This document shows positions 9,395-18,548 of a stretch of 64,000 nucleotides of DNA, piece after piece. The DNA comes from an uncultured Pseudomonadales bacterium. GTDB lineage: Bacteria > Patescibacteriota > Microgenomatia > UBA1400 > PJMF01. A program made the translations under genes and the position numbers. The DNA lies in contig CAYWDM010000001.1 of the NCBI GenBank assembly GCA_964457085.1, forward strand, positions 45,082 to 109,081. Reading direction: 5' to 3'. The notes beneath the pieces are model-generated. The model saw only the letters and a list, made by a program, of their open reading frames with translations, searched no databases and was not told the origin of the DNA. Within the stretch, counting starts at the first letter, position 1. Every line of letters starts with the position of its first letter.

Positions 9395-10309
9395 ATGGAT
9401 TTAATCACAATTATCATTGTTAATTACAACACACCAAAAGATACTAAGGATTGTCTGTTGTCGCTGGGTGCCGTTAAAACTAATGGCTTCAAGTTCAATG
9501 TGATTATTGTTGACAATGGCTCCAAAGAAATACTTGAGCTCAAAGACAACCCAAAATACCCCAACTTTGAACTAATTCGTAGTGAATCTAATCTTGGTTT
9601 CACTGGTGGCAATAACTTAGGCATGAGTTATGGCGTAAAAAATTATCAATCCGACTATTTTTTACTGCTCAACTCTGACACTATTGTTGACCCTGATTTT
9701 TTAACACAGCTCTATCGACCATTGCAGTCAGATCCACAGGCTGGCATAGCTGGTTCAAAGATTTATTTTCATCGCGGTTTTGAGTTCCATGCAAAAAGCT
9801 ACCGCCAGGATCAGAAACATCAAGTACTCTGGTTTGCTGGTGGTAATGTAGATTGGCAAAATCTGGTTTCATTCCATCAAGGTGTAGACGAGGTTGATCG
9901 GGGACAATTTGACAGCCAAACTGAGTGCGACTTTATCACTGGGTGTTGTCTATTAATCAAACGAGAAATGATTGAACGTGTTGGCATTTTAGACAAGAAA
10001 TTCTTTTTATATTCAGAAGATGTTGACTACTCACTGCGGGTGGCAAAAGCTGGGTATAAAATACTGTTTTGTCCTAAGTCGATTATCTGGCATAAAATAG
10101 GACGTAGTAGTGGTGGAGCTGGATCAAAACTACAACAGTATTACCAAACTAGAAATCGTTTATTGCTCACCTTTAGACACGGCAATTTCCGTAGCAAATT
10201 ACTCGCTCTTAAACTGATTTGGGAATGGGTGATGCATGGTCAAGGTGGTGAACAACAAGGTGTTTGGGATTTTTTGTTAGGCAGACTTGGAAAACAAACG
10301 GTACTTTAG
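9395..10309 (+). CDS. GT2 glycosyltransferase (rhamnosyltransferase-like)
   Basis: IIIVNYNTPKDT...VIIVDNGSKE...NLGFTGGNNLG...LLLNSDT: canonical GT2_2 blocks. Confidence 0.85.
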   Translation: MDLITIIIVNYNTPKDTKDCLLSLGAVKTNGFKFNVIIVDNGSKEILELKDNPKYPNFELIRSESNLGFTGGNNLGMSYGVKNYQSDYFLLLNSDTIVDPDFLTQLYRPLQSDPQAGIAGSKIYFHRGFEFHAKSYRQDQKHQVLWFAGGNVDWQNLVSFHQGVDEVDRGQFDSQTECDFITGCCLLIKREMIERVGILDKKFFLYSEDVDYSLRVAKAGYKILFCPKSIIWHKIGRSSGGAGSKLQQYYQTRNRLLLTFRHGNFRSKLLALKLIWEWVMHGQGGEQQGVWDFLLGRLGKQTVL

Positions 10310-10315
10310 GAATTA

Positions 10316-11149
10316 ATGAGAAAAACAGCAATTACAGCAGTTATCATTGCCAAAAATGAAGCCGAGATGCTTCGAGGTTGTTTGAGTGGCTTGTCTTGGT
10401 GTGACAGTGTTTTGCTTATTGATAACGGATCAACAGATGAAACCGCCTCAATAGCTGAAAATTTTGGTGCCAAAATAATTCAATCAAAACACCTGTCTTT
10501 TGACAAATTGCGAACTGATGCACTGAAATATATTCAAACGCCGTGGGTATTTTATATTGATGCTGATGAGCGAGTAACTCCACAGCTAGCAAAGTCGATT
10601 GCGGTGCACCTTGAAACAGCTACACCTCCAACCAATGCATTTTCACTAATCCGTCAAAATATTTTTTATGGTCACAAAATGAAGTGGGGTGGCTGGCAAG
10701 ATGATAGAGTTACCCGAATTTTTAGACTACAAACGCTCACCAAGTGGAAAGGTAAAGTACACGAGAGTCCAGTTTTTGTTGGTCAAACGCAGCATTTGCC
10801 GTTGGCACTTATTCATCTCACTCACCGCAACACTACAGATGGATTATCAAAAACCATGGTTTGGACTAAAATCGAAGCAGAATTGTTGTTTTCTGCCGGT
10901 GTAAAACCTGTCACTGTCGGTACGATTATTAGAAAAATGGTGATGGAGTTTTGGAGACGTTCAGTTGTTTTCAAAGGCTGGAAAGATGGCCAGGTTGGAT
11001 TCATTGAGGCAATTGTCCAAGGAATAAATAAGGCATTAATTTACATACAAATCTGGGAATTACAACAAAAACCCAGTCTCAAAGAAACCTATACAGCGAT
11101 AGATGCTGACTTAAGTAATAAGTGGCAAACTGCCTCTTTGGAAAAGTAA
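10316..11149 (+). CDS. GT2 glycosyltransferase, WaaE/LgtF-like paralog
   Basis: TAVIIAKNEAEML...CDSVLLIDNGSTDETASIAENFGAKII...YIDADE. Confidence 0.8.
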   Translation: MRKTAITAVIIAKNEAEMLRGCLSGLSWCDSVLLIDNGSTDETASIAENFGAKIIQSKHLSFDKLRTDALKYIQTPWVFYIDADERVTPQLAKSIAVHLETATPPTNAFSLIRQNIFYGHKMKWGGWQDDRVTRIFRLQTLTKWKGKVHESPVFVGQTQHLPLALIHLTHRNTTDGLSKTMVWTKIEAELLFSAGVKPVTVGTIIRKMVMEFWRRSVVFKGWKDGQVGFIEAIVQGINKALIYIQIWELQQKPSLKETYTAIDADLSNKWQTASLEK

Positions 11150-11151
11150 GC

Positions 11152-12261
11152 ATGAGAATTGGTCTATATTCACCGTATGTGCCAAAACATTTTGGTGGTG
11201 GCGAAAAACATTTCTTTGATGTCGCGCTAGCACTCTCAAAAAAACATGAGGTGTTTGTTGGCATCCCAAGTAATAGCAATCAGCTGAGTGATAAAACTAG
11301 CAACTATATTCGAGAAAACTATAGTAAATTCCTCAATCGCTCACTGAAGCGAATTCATTTTTTGGCGTGCCCATTTGGAACAGATGCATTCTTCTTTAAC
11401 AAATTATTCTGGACTGGTCAATTTGATGCTTTTTATACAGTCACTGATGGCAGTCTTTTTTTTAGTTTAGCAAAACAAAATTACCTGCATATCCAGATCC
11501 CTTTTACAGACTCAAAAAAATCACTGATGGATCGAATGAAATTATCAATTTGGAGACACAAAAACACCAATTCGTACTTCACAAAACAGATCATAGAACA
11601 GTCTTGGAACGTCACCATCGACTCCGTGTTGCAGCCAATGGTTTCAGTTGAGCCGTTATTAATTAAACCAAGTGACCTACCACTCAAACAAAATATAATT
11701 CTGCATGTAGGTAGATTTTTCAGTCAATTGCATTGCAAGCGTCAAGATACTTTGGTGCAGATTTTCAGAGATTTGTTAAAAAAAAGACCAGAATTATCCG
11801 AAACTTGGAAACTAGTTCTCATTGGATCTGTTGAAGATCATCAATTTGCAAAAAAAGTTGAAAAGTCAGCCAAAGGATTACCGATTGAAATAATTCACAA
11901 CGTAGATCGAGATGATTTAAATAGTTGGTATAAAAAAGCTTCAATATATTGGCATGCTACAGGCTACGGTACTAATCCAGTTACCCAACCAGAAAAATCA
12001 GAGCATTTTGGAATTAGCACTGTTGAGGCGATGGCAGCAGGGTGTGCTCCTGTAGTAATAAACTTAGGTGGTCAAACAGAGATCCTGGTTGGTGAACTTA
12101 CTCAATATCTGTGGAACACCACAGCAGAGTGTGTGGATACAACCCTACAACTAATAGATGACCCTGCAAAAATGATTCTTGTCCAGCTGATGGCACAACA
12201 ACGTGCTAAACAATTCAATCAAGCCCGTTTTGATCAACAAGTCCTTGATATGGTAGAGTAA
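11152..12261 (+). CDS. GT4 (Glycos_transf_1) glycosyltransferase
   Basis: C-terminal EHFGISTVEAMAAGCAPVV block. Start at ATG 11152 (MRIGLYSPY), 2 nt after the upstream stop. Confidence 0.8.
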   Translation: MRIGLYSPYVPKHFGGGEKHFFDVALALSKKHEVFVGIPSNSNQLSDKTSNYIRENYSKFLNRSLKRIHFLACPFGTDAFFFNKLFWTGQFDAFYTVTDGSLFFSLAKQNYLHIQIPFTDSKKSLMDRMKLSIWRHKNTNSYFTKQIIEQSWNVTIDSVLQPMVSVEPLLIKPSDLPLKQNIILHVGRFFSQLHCKRQDTLVQIFRDLLKKRPELSETWKLVLIGSVEDHQFAKKVEKSAKGLPIEIIHNVDRDDLNSWYKKASIYWHATGYGTNPVTQPEKSEHFGISTVEAMAAGCAPVVINLGGQTEILVGELTQYLWNTTAECVDTTLQLIDDPAKMILVQLMAQQRAKQFNQARFDQQVLDMVE

Positions 12262-12265
12262 TCCT

Positions 12266-13153
12266 ATGCCAAATACAGTGCAAGTCTCCGCGCTTATTCC
12301 CAACTACAATGGCCGAAAACTACTGGCTCGATACCTTCCAAGTGTTTTAAATACACTTCGTAGTGGCGATGAATTGTTGATTGTTGATGATACCAGTACT
12401 GATGACAGTGTTGAGTGGCTGTGCAAAGTGTACCATGCAACTAAATTGCCAGTTTCAAAGGACTATGAGTTGTTTAGGGGCGATGCAATTAATGATGATA
12501 AAAAATCAATTGCAGTAACAATTGTTAAAAACCTTAAAAATTTGAGATTTGGTGCCAGTTGCAACCGAGGTGTTGAATTGGCAAAAGGCGAATTAATTTT
12601 TCTGTTAAACAGCGATGTTTCTCCACATGAAGGTTCACTCAAACAATTGCTTACCCACTTTGGGCCAACTCCTGAGAGCTCAAAAGTCTTTGGTGTTGGC
12701 TGCCTTGAGATTGAAACAGCCCAAAATGGCTCGTATGCAGGCAAGCAAAAAATCTGGTTCGAGCGTGGCTTATTTATGCACGCCAAGGCTGATGATTTTT
12801 CCTTTGGTGAAACTGCATGGGTAACTGGCGGCAGTGGCTTATTTAGTCGTAAAAAGTGGTTGGAGATTGGTGGTTTTGACCCACTTTTCTATCCGGCTTA
12901 CTGGGAAGACATTGATTTATCGTTTCAAGCCAGAAAATTAGGATATCAGATCTTATTCGATCCCAAGGCAATTGTTGATCATAACCACGAAACGACGAAC
13001 CAGACTGTATTTGGACAACAAAAAATTGCTGAAATGAGTTGGAAAAATGGCATTAAATTTGCCTGGAAAAACACGACCACAGTTCAAAAAATAGCATTTA
13101 TACTTTGGCAACCATTCTGGTGGTGGCAACGAGCTAAGCGTCGTCATGCTTAA
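12266..13153 (+). CDS. GT2 glycosyltransferase
   Basis: VSALIPNYNGRKLL...LLIVDDTSTDDS...LLNSDV GT2 blocks. Confidence 0.8.
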   Translation: MPNTVQVSALIPNYNGRKLLARYLPSVLNTLRSGDELLIVDDTSTDDSVEWLCKVYHATKLPVSKDYELFRGDAINDDKKSIAVTIVKNLKNLRFGASCNRGVELAKGELIFLLNSDVSPHEGSLKQLLTHFGPTPESSKVFGVGCLEIETAQNGSYAGKQKIWFERGLFMHAKADDFSFGETAWVTGGSGLFSRKKWLEIGGFDPLFYPAYWEDIDLSFQARKLGYQILFDPKAIVDHNHETTNQTVFGQQKIAEMSWKNGIKFAWKNTTTVQKIAFILWQPFWWWQRAKRRHA

Positions 13154-14738
13154 AAAAATACCGAGCTCTTATCTGTGGGTCGCCCTCATACTAGTGATTG
13201 CAGTTATCACCCGTTTTTACCAACTGGGTAACATACCCCATGGCATGACCTGGGACGAAGCAGCTATTGGCTACAATGGTCATGCAGTACTCACCACACG
13301 TCGAGATGAATGGCTCAAAAAACTACCCATCTCTTTTCGTTCATTTGGTGACTACAAGGCACCACTAGCAATTTATTTGAATGGATTTTTTACACTGCTA
13401 TTTGGCAACACAGTTTTTGCAGTTAGATTGCCTTTTGCCCTTATTGGACTATTAGCAATTGCTGGCTTGTACCTAGTCAGCTATGAATCACTGTTAAGAA
13501 GCACTTCAGCCACCACCGCTTCACAAAAAATAATTCGTATTAGCGTCATTTCAATTGCACTACTAGCGATTTCTCCTTGGCATATTCATTTTAGTAGAGT
13601 TGGATTTGAGTCAGGAATTGCATTGGGATTATTACTCTGTGGAGTAGGGTTGATGCTGCGAGGACTACGTCTAGAGAAATTTTTACCACTTTTTTTGGGT
13701 ATTTCCTGTGCTGCTGCAAGCTTGTATGCCTATCACAGTACCAAGATAGCACTGCCATTTCTCATGCTATTGTTGCTATGGTTTGTGGGATGGAAAAATA
13801 TCTTCAAGAAAAAATATTTTTGGTTGTTTGTCTGGGGTGGAATTACACTACTGCCACTGATATATGACCTCATTTGGGGACAAGGATTAACACGAGCTAG
13901 TACCCTAATTTTTAACAAAGGCTTTCCAATCAGTATAGTTTTAGCCACGATTTGGCAAAATTGGCTGAACCAGCTATCAATGAACTTTCTTTTCTTTGGC
14001 TGGACCGATACCCTCAGACATGGCACTGGACGATTTGGAGTCTTATATCTCATCGACTTAATTCCCCTAATTTGGTTGATGGTTAGAATGTTGACTCACA
14101 GAGTTAAATCAAATTTTTTAACTCAGCCAAAAATGATATCAGCAATTATTTTCTGGACATCTTGGCTAGTGATAGGATTACTGCCAGCTGTACTTGGAGA
14201 TATTACTCCACATCCTAATCGGTCATTACTTGCACTCCCAGGTTTTCTAATGCTAATTGTGATTGGCTGGGATGATTTGCTAGATACTCTCTCGTTAAAA
14301 AAAGCATGGTATTTGATTGGCATTATATATGTGCTACTAACTGCTAATTTTCTTCGTTACTACTTCACTACGTATGCAAAAAATAGTGCGGCTGATTTCT
14401 TTGACGGATATGTTGAAGCTGCAACTATAGCCAACCAAATTGAAAAAAATGGCTGGGAAAATAGCAAACCTGAAAAGATTTTGTTTACCTCTGACTATGG
14501 ACAGCCATATATTTTTGTATTGTTTGTAAAGAACCTCAATCCAATTTGGTATCAGGGTGGTGAGCTCTCAAAATACGAGTTCACTGACAAGATCAATACC
14601 GGAGATCTAATTCGTCCAAATACATTAATCGTGGCAAGTGAAATGGATGACATTCCACTTGAATGGGCAAATTATGTAGTTCATCGAAGCGATGGAGAAG
14701 TTGCATTCAAAATCTACTACCCCAAAGCAAAACCATAA
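13146..14738 (+). CDS. ArnT/PMT-like GT-C membrane glycosyltransferase (PMT_2-type)
   Basis: N-terminal TM, then the WDEAAIGYNGHAVL loop motif, FGDYKAPLAIYL, AVRLPFALIGL, multiple TM helices, and a later TPHPNRSL periplasmic-loop motif shared with the paralogs. Confidence 0.8.
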   Translation: MLKKIPSSYLWVALILVIAVITRFYQLGNIPHGMTWDEAAIGYNGHAVLTTRRDEWLKKLPISFRSFGDYKAPLAIYLNGFFTLLFGNTVFAVRLPFALIGLLAIAGLYLVSYESLLRSTSATTASQKIIRISVISIALLAISPWHIHFSRVGFESGIALGLLLCGVGLMLRGLRLEKFLPLFLGISCAAASLYAYHSTKIALPFLMLLLLWFVGWKNIFKKKYFWLFVWGGITLLPLIYDLIWGQGLTRASTLIFNKGFPISIVLATIWQNWLNQLSMNFLFFGWTDTLRHGTGRFGVLYLIDLIPLIWLMVRMLTHRVKSNFLTQPKMISAIIFWTSWLVIGLLPAVLGDITPHPNRSLLALPGFLMLIVIGWDDLLDTLSLKKAWYLIGIIYVLLTANFLRYYFTTYAKNSAADFFDGYVEAATIANQIEKNGWENSKPEKILFTSDYGQPYIFVLFVKNLNPIWYQGGELSKYEFTDKINTGDLIRPNTLIVASEMDDIPLEWANYVVHRSDGEVAFKIYYPKAKP

Positions 14739-16768
14739 TGGCAACAGCACTATTTTCACTCACTGATTGGCAATTCTGGGGTTTTACCTGTTTGCAGATA
14801 GCATTTGTTTTGATTGTGCTGCGTGGCCTTGGTTGGATTATTTTGCATAAACTGCAGTTCCAAGCCACTTCTTTTTTTCAGTCGGCATCCTGGCACAGTG
14901 TATTGATTTTCGTAGGACTAGCTTTCTTTACTTTGACAGCTTGGGCATTGGGTGAGCTTGGTCAAAGACACCTGCAATGGTTTGTAATTCTACTTGGATG
15001 TTTAGGCACCGTACTTGAATTTTTACAGAGACGTAGAAATAAAAAAGCTGAGAAACTGCATTTTAAGCTAAATATAAACGACAAAATGTTGGGAATAGCG
15101 ATACTCTTTGGAGTTGCATTACAACTGATTGCTATCGTGACCTCAGGAATCCGTGTGGGTGATACTGCTGACTTTTATTTTACCAATGCAGGGGATGGCA
15201 TGATGCATTTGGCTTTTTCCAGATCATTAATTGCTACATACCCGCCTGTTCGACCGGAATTAGCTAACATACCACTCACTAATTATCATTTTTTCACTGA
15301 TTTATTAATGGCTGAGCAATCAAGACTATTACAAATACCGATAGCACATAGTTTTTTCCAGTTTTGGCCGGTACTCTTGGCTTTAGGTAGTGCCATTTTA
15401 ATCATCAGCATTGTTCAACAATTCAGTAAGAGTGTCTCGATTACCTGGATTAGTCTGTTTTTCTGGTTTTTTAATGGAGAACTAGGCTATCTATTTAGCC
15501 TACTGATTCATCATACATTTAACTGGAATGTGGCAACTATAGAAAACTCAGCCGATCAATTTTTAAACATGCCACAAATGTTTGCCAAGACTTTAGTCTT
15601 TGCTGTGTATTGGCTGGGATTGTATTGGTACAAAAACTTGAAAATGAAAACCGACCAAAACATTTTTTTGGCAATTGTCTTACTAATTGCAGCTGCCACG
15701 GGTTATAAAATTTACTTTGGTTTATTTACTTTGGCACTAGTGATTGGCTTGTGGTTAGCTCAATTACTTACAAACCTACAGTCAAAAACCGCATTGGCTC
15801 ATCTGCAAATCCTAGGTAGACAATTTTTTTGGCTGTTGGTTGGATGCCTGTTTGTAGTAATGATATTAAGATCAGTGAGTACTGGATCAGGAAAACTCGG
15901 CTGGTACCCACTTGTCTGGCCAAAACTGTTAATCAGTAGTGAACATCTAGATCTCAAGGATCTCGCCAATCGACTGCAAATAAATGAGTATGCCGGAAAC
16001 ACTCCAAAAATTGTGCTCTTTAATAGCTTGGTTTTATTAATTGGGCTTTTAGCACTGTTTGGAACCAAACTGGTGGGAATGTGGTATTTTGTTCAATCAA
16101 AAACACTCAATTGGTACAGGGCAGTTTTGCTATCGGCACTCGTATCTGCAGGCATAATTGGACTCAATACTCTGCAAGATCCTGGTGGCTTTAATACCTA
16201 TAATTTCTTGCTTGTGGCCATGCAGCCACTATTTTTCCTCACGGTTTTGGTTTTAGACCAGTTATGGCAACAAAAAAAGATCCACACAAAAGTTATAGTC
16301 GTTGCGATTTTACTACTGGGATCTGTAAGACCAATCGCAAATTATCACAAATATTTTTCTGCGATTACTCACCATAGAGTTGAAGCTGCCTATTCAACCT
16401 CAGAGCTTCTAGCTCTTGATTGGATAGCAAATAATACACCAGTAGATACATTGGTCCAGGCATCACCACAAAGTGGTAAATCACGTCAGAACTCGTATAT
16501 CAGTTTTTTTGCGAAGCGTCCCACATATCTGGCTTTGGAAAGTATTGCCCAGTCACATGGAATCACTACCAAACAAAAAAGAATCGCATTGGAGTCTGCA
16601 GTTAGTGTCTCGAACTATGAGCTACTAGCTGCCAACATGCGTCAACTCGGTATAAACTATCTGTACGTTGAACATGAGTCCAGTCAAACAAAGATACTAG
16701 ACCTACTTGGAATTACGGAACACACAGTATTTACAAATGATGCAGCAACGATTGTGGTCTTCAACTAA
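14738..16768 (+). CDS. large polytopic membrane protein of unknown function
   Basis: Start taken at the ATG at 14738, overlapping the upstream stop as TAATG (MATALFSL...). About 14 TM helices; no recognisable catalytic motif. Confidence 0.45.
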   Translation: MATALFSLTDWQFWGFTCLQIAFVLIVLRGLGWIILHKLQFQATSFFQSASWHSVLIFVGLAFFTLTAWALGELGQRHLQWFVILLGCLGTVLEFLQRRRNKKAEKLHFKLNINDKMLGIAILFGVALQLIAIVTSGIRVGDTADFYFTNAGDGMMHLAFSRSLIATYPPVRPELANIPLTNYHFFTDLLMAEQSRLLQIPIAHSFFQFWPVLLALGSAILIISIVQQFSKSVSITWISLFFWFFNGELGYLFSLLIHHTFNWNVATIENSADQFLNMPQMFAKTLVFAVYWLGLYWYKNLKMKTDQNIFLAIVLLIAAATGYKIYFGLFTLALVIGLWLAQLLTNLQSKTALAHLQILGRQFFWLLVGCLFVVMILRSVSTGSGKLGWYPLVWPKLLISSEHLDLKDLANRLQINEYAGNTPKIVLFNSLVLLIGLLALFGTKLVGMWYFVQSKTLNWYRAVLLSALVSAGIIGLNTLQDPGGFNTYNFLLVAMQPLFFLTVLVLDQLWQQKKIHTKVIVVAILLLGSVRPIANYHKYFSAITHHRVEAAYSTSELLALDWIANNTPVDTLVQASPQSGKSRQNSYISFFAKRPTYLALESIAQSHGITTKQKRIALESAVSVSNYELLAANMRQLGINYLYVEHESSQTKILDLLGITEHTVFTNDAATIVVFN

Positions 16769-18461
16769 ACTAAGCTTTTTAATTACTTTGGTTGTAATGA
16801 GTGTGGCTGTGGTGCTACGGATCTGGCAGCTGTCCTCAATACCGTCATCACCGTATTGGGAAGAAACTGCACTTGGATACGATTCATATAGTTTACTAAA
16901 AACTGGAAAAGACCATCACGGTACTAACTGGCCGATTGTAGCCTTCGAATCATTTGGTGACTGGAAGCCAAGTGGTTATTTTTATGCGGCACTACCTAGC
17001 ATCGCTGTGTTTGGTTTATCAACATTTGCGGTGAGATTGCCCAGTGCCCTCGCTGGAGTTGGCATTGTCTGGTTATTCCCCAGTTTTTTTAGCTTACTTT
17101 TTAAAAAGAAGTTAAGTGTATATGAAACAGCATGGTTGCGAATAATTGCAGCAATCTGTCCATGGTTATTAGTTTTTTCCAGGGCAGCCTGGGAAGTAAA
17201 TCTAGCCACATTTTTGCTTTTAGCTGGCAGCATATTCTGGCTTAAAGCCTTGCAGGCTCAATCGATCAAGAAAAATTGGCTTCAAGCAATTGTGGCAGTT
17301 TGTTGTTTTGCAGCTGCTGCATATACGTACCATGCACTGCGAATCATTGCACCACTTTGGGCCATGGGTATTGGCTTAGATTGGTTGTTGGACTCACACC
17401 AAAAGAAATCACACTTTATTAAAAACAGCTTGCAGTTACTTTTGTGGGGCACAATCTGCGTACTATTATTACTGCCAATTGTTTTACAGCTGCAAAATAA
17501 AGCGGTTTCGCAACGCTTCCAAGAAACAAGCATTTTTTCAAGCCCTGATAGTGTTCTTACCAGCAATCGATTACGTGAGGAACAGGGGAATACTGTGTGG
17601 GCACGTGTGTTGCACCACCGATATCGGTATCAAGGTGCAGTTATTTTAGATAAAGTGCTACAGCATGCTTCGTTTAACTTTTTATTTGTAACCAGTGATA
17701 GTAATGCTCGCCACCGTGGCAGCATGTATGGTCAACTGCTATACCCAGATGTCGCATTAATTTTACTTGGAATTTTAGCTGTAATTTACACCAGAAACAC
17801 TCGAGGATGGTTACTTGGGTGGCTGTGGTTTGCGAGTGTATTACCAGCGAGTGTGAGTACAGCGACTCCACATGCACTGAGAACATTGCCATCAGCTCTG
17901 TTGTGGCTCAGTTTGAGTGGCTATGGTTTTTTTACACTCAAAGACTGGCTGTTTAAAGTGCTGAAACCACCAGTTCTTTCAAGCGTGATACTCGGTGCCA
18001 TTGTCCTGTTCTATGTTGGATTTGGGTGGCTGTGGTGGCACTCATATAGCACACTGTACCCAGTCAAATTTACCAGTGATTGGCAATATGGCTACTCACA
18101 AATGATAGAAACAACTTTGGCTCTCGGTAAGAATGCTACTGAGCTGCCAATTGTGATATCCAGACAGCAAGGTAGACCTGCCATGTTCTGGTGGTTCTAT
18201 ACCAAAACTGATCCAAAACGCGTTCAAGTTCTAGATCCTATTACTACTAAAGACCAAGGCGAGTTTCTAGTATTTGAAAATATACAATTTACTCGAGCAA
18301 TGGGTGATTTTAAACCGAACTCAATCATTGCATTGAGTGAAATGGAGTGGAGCAACATCAAAAAAGACCATCCGAGTTGGGAGCTATCAGAGCAATCAAC
18401 CATTCGTAATCCAGAGCATGAAATTGTTTGGTTGGTAGGCATTTTAAAAGAAACAAAATAA
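16737..18461 (+). CDS. ArnT/PMT-like GT-C membrane glycosyltransferase (paralog)
   Basis: YWEETALGYDSYSLL, FESFGDWKPSGYFY, AVRLPSALAGVGIVW and STATPHALRTL motifs. Start set at MMQQRLW (16737) so that TM1 begins at the N-terminus as in the paralogs; the ORF in the track begins at 16707. Confidence 0.72.
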   Translation: MMQQRLWSSTKLSFLITLVVMSVAVVLRIWQLSSIPSSPYWEETALGYDSYSLLKTGKDHHGTNWPIVAFESFGDWKPSGYFYAALPSIAVFGLSTFAVRLPSALAGVGIVWLFPSFFSLLFKKKLSVYETAWLRIIAAICPWLLVFSRAAWEVNLATFLLLAGSIFWLKALQAQSIKKNWLQAIVAVCCFAAAAYTYHALRIIAPLWAMGIGLDWLLDSHQKKSHFIKNSLQLLLWGTICVLLLLPIVLQLQNKAVSQRFQETSIFSSPDSVLTSNRLREEQGNTVWARVLHHRYRYQGAVILDKVLQHASFNFLFVTSDSNARHRGSMYGQLLYPDVALILLGILAVIYTRNTRGWLLGWLWFASVLPASVSTATPHALRTLPSALLWLSLSGYGFFTLKDWLFKVLKPPVLSSVILGAIVLFYVGFGWLWWHSYSTLYPVKFTSDWQYGYSQMIETTLALGKNATELPIVISRQQGRPAMFWWFYTKTDPKRVQVLDPITTKDQGEFLVFENIQFTRAMGDFKPNSIIALSEMEWSNIKKDHPSWELSEQSTIRNPEHEIVWLVGILKETK

Positions 18462-18462
18462 C

Positions 18463-18482
18463 AGTAGTCACTGTTTTTACTT
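18463..18482 (+). terminator. weak rho-independent terminator candidate downstream of the GT-C gene
   Basis: ACAGT-agtc-ACTGT hairpin followed by TTTTT. Confidence 0.3.
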
Positions 18483-18521
18483 GACCTTGAAATACCGCAA
18501 TTTTTTAGTCTCTTTTGATTT

Positions 18522-18527
18522 ATAATT
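18522..18527 (+). promoter_or_regulatory. candidate -10 hexamer (TATAAT) for argS
   Basis: Perfect TATAAT 22 nt upstream of the argS ATG; the -35 region is weak. Confidence 0.25.
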
Positions 18528-18548
18528 ACCACTTGAATCGAGTTAACC

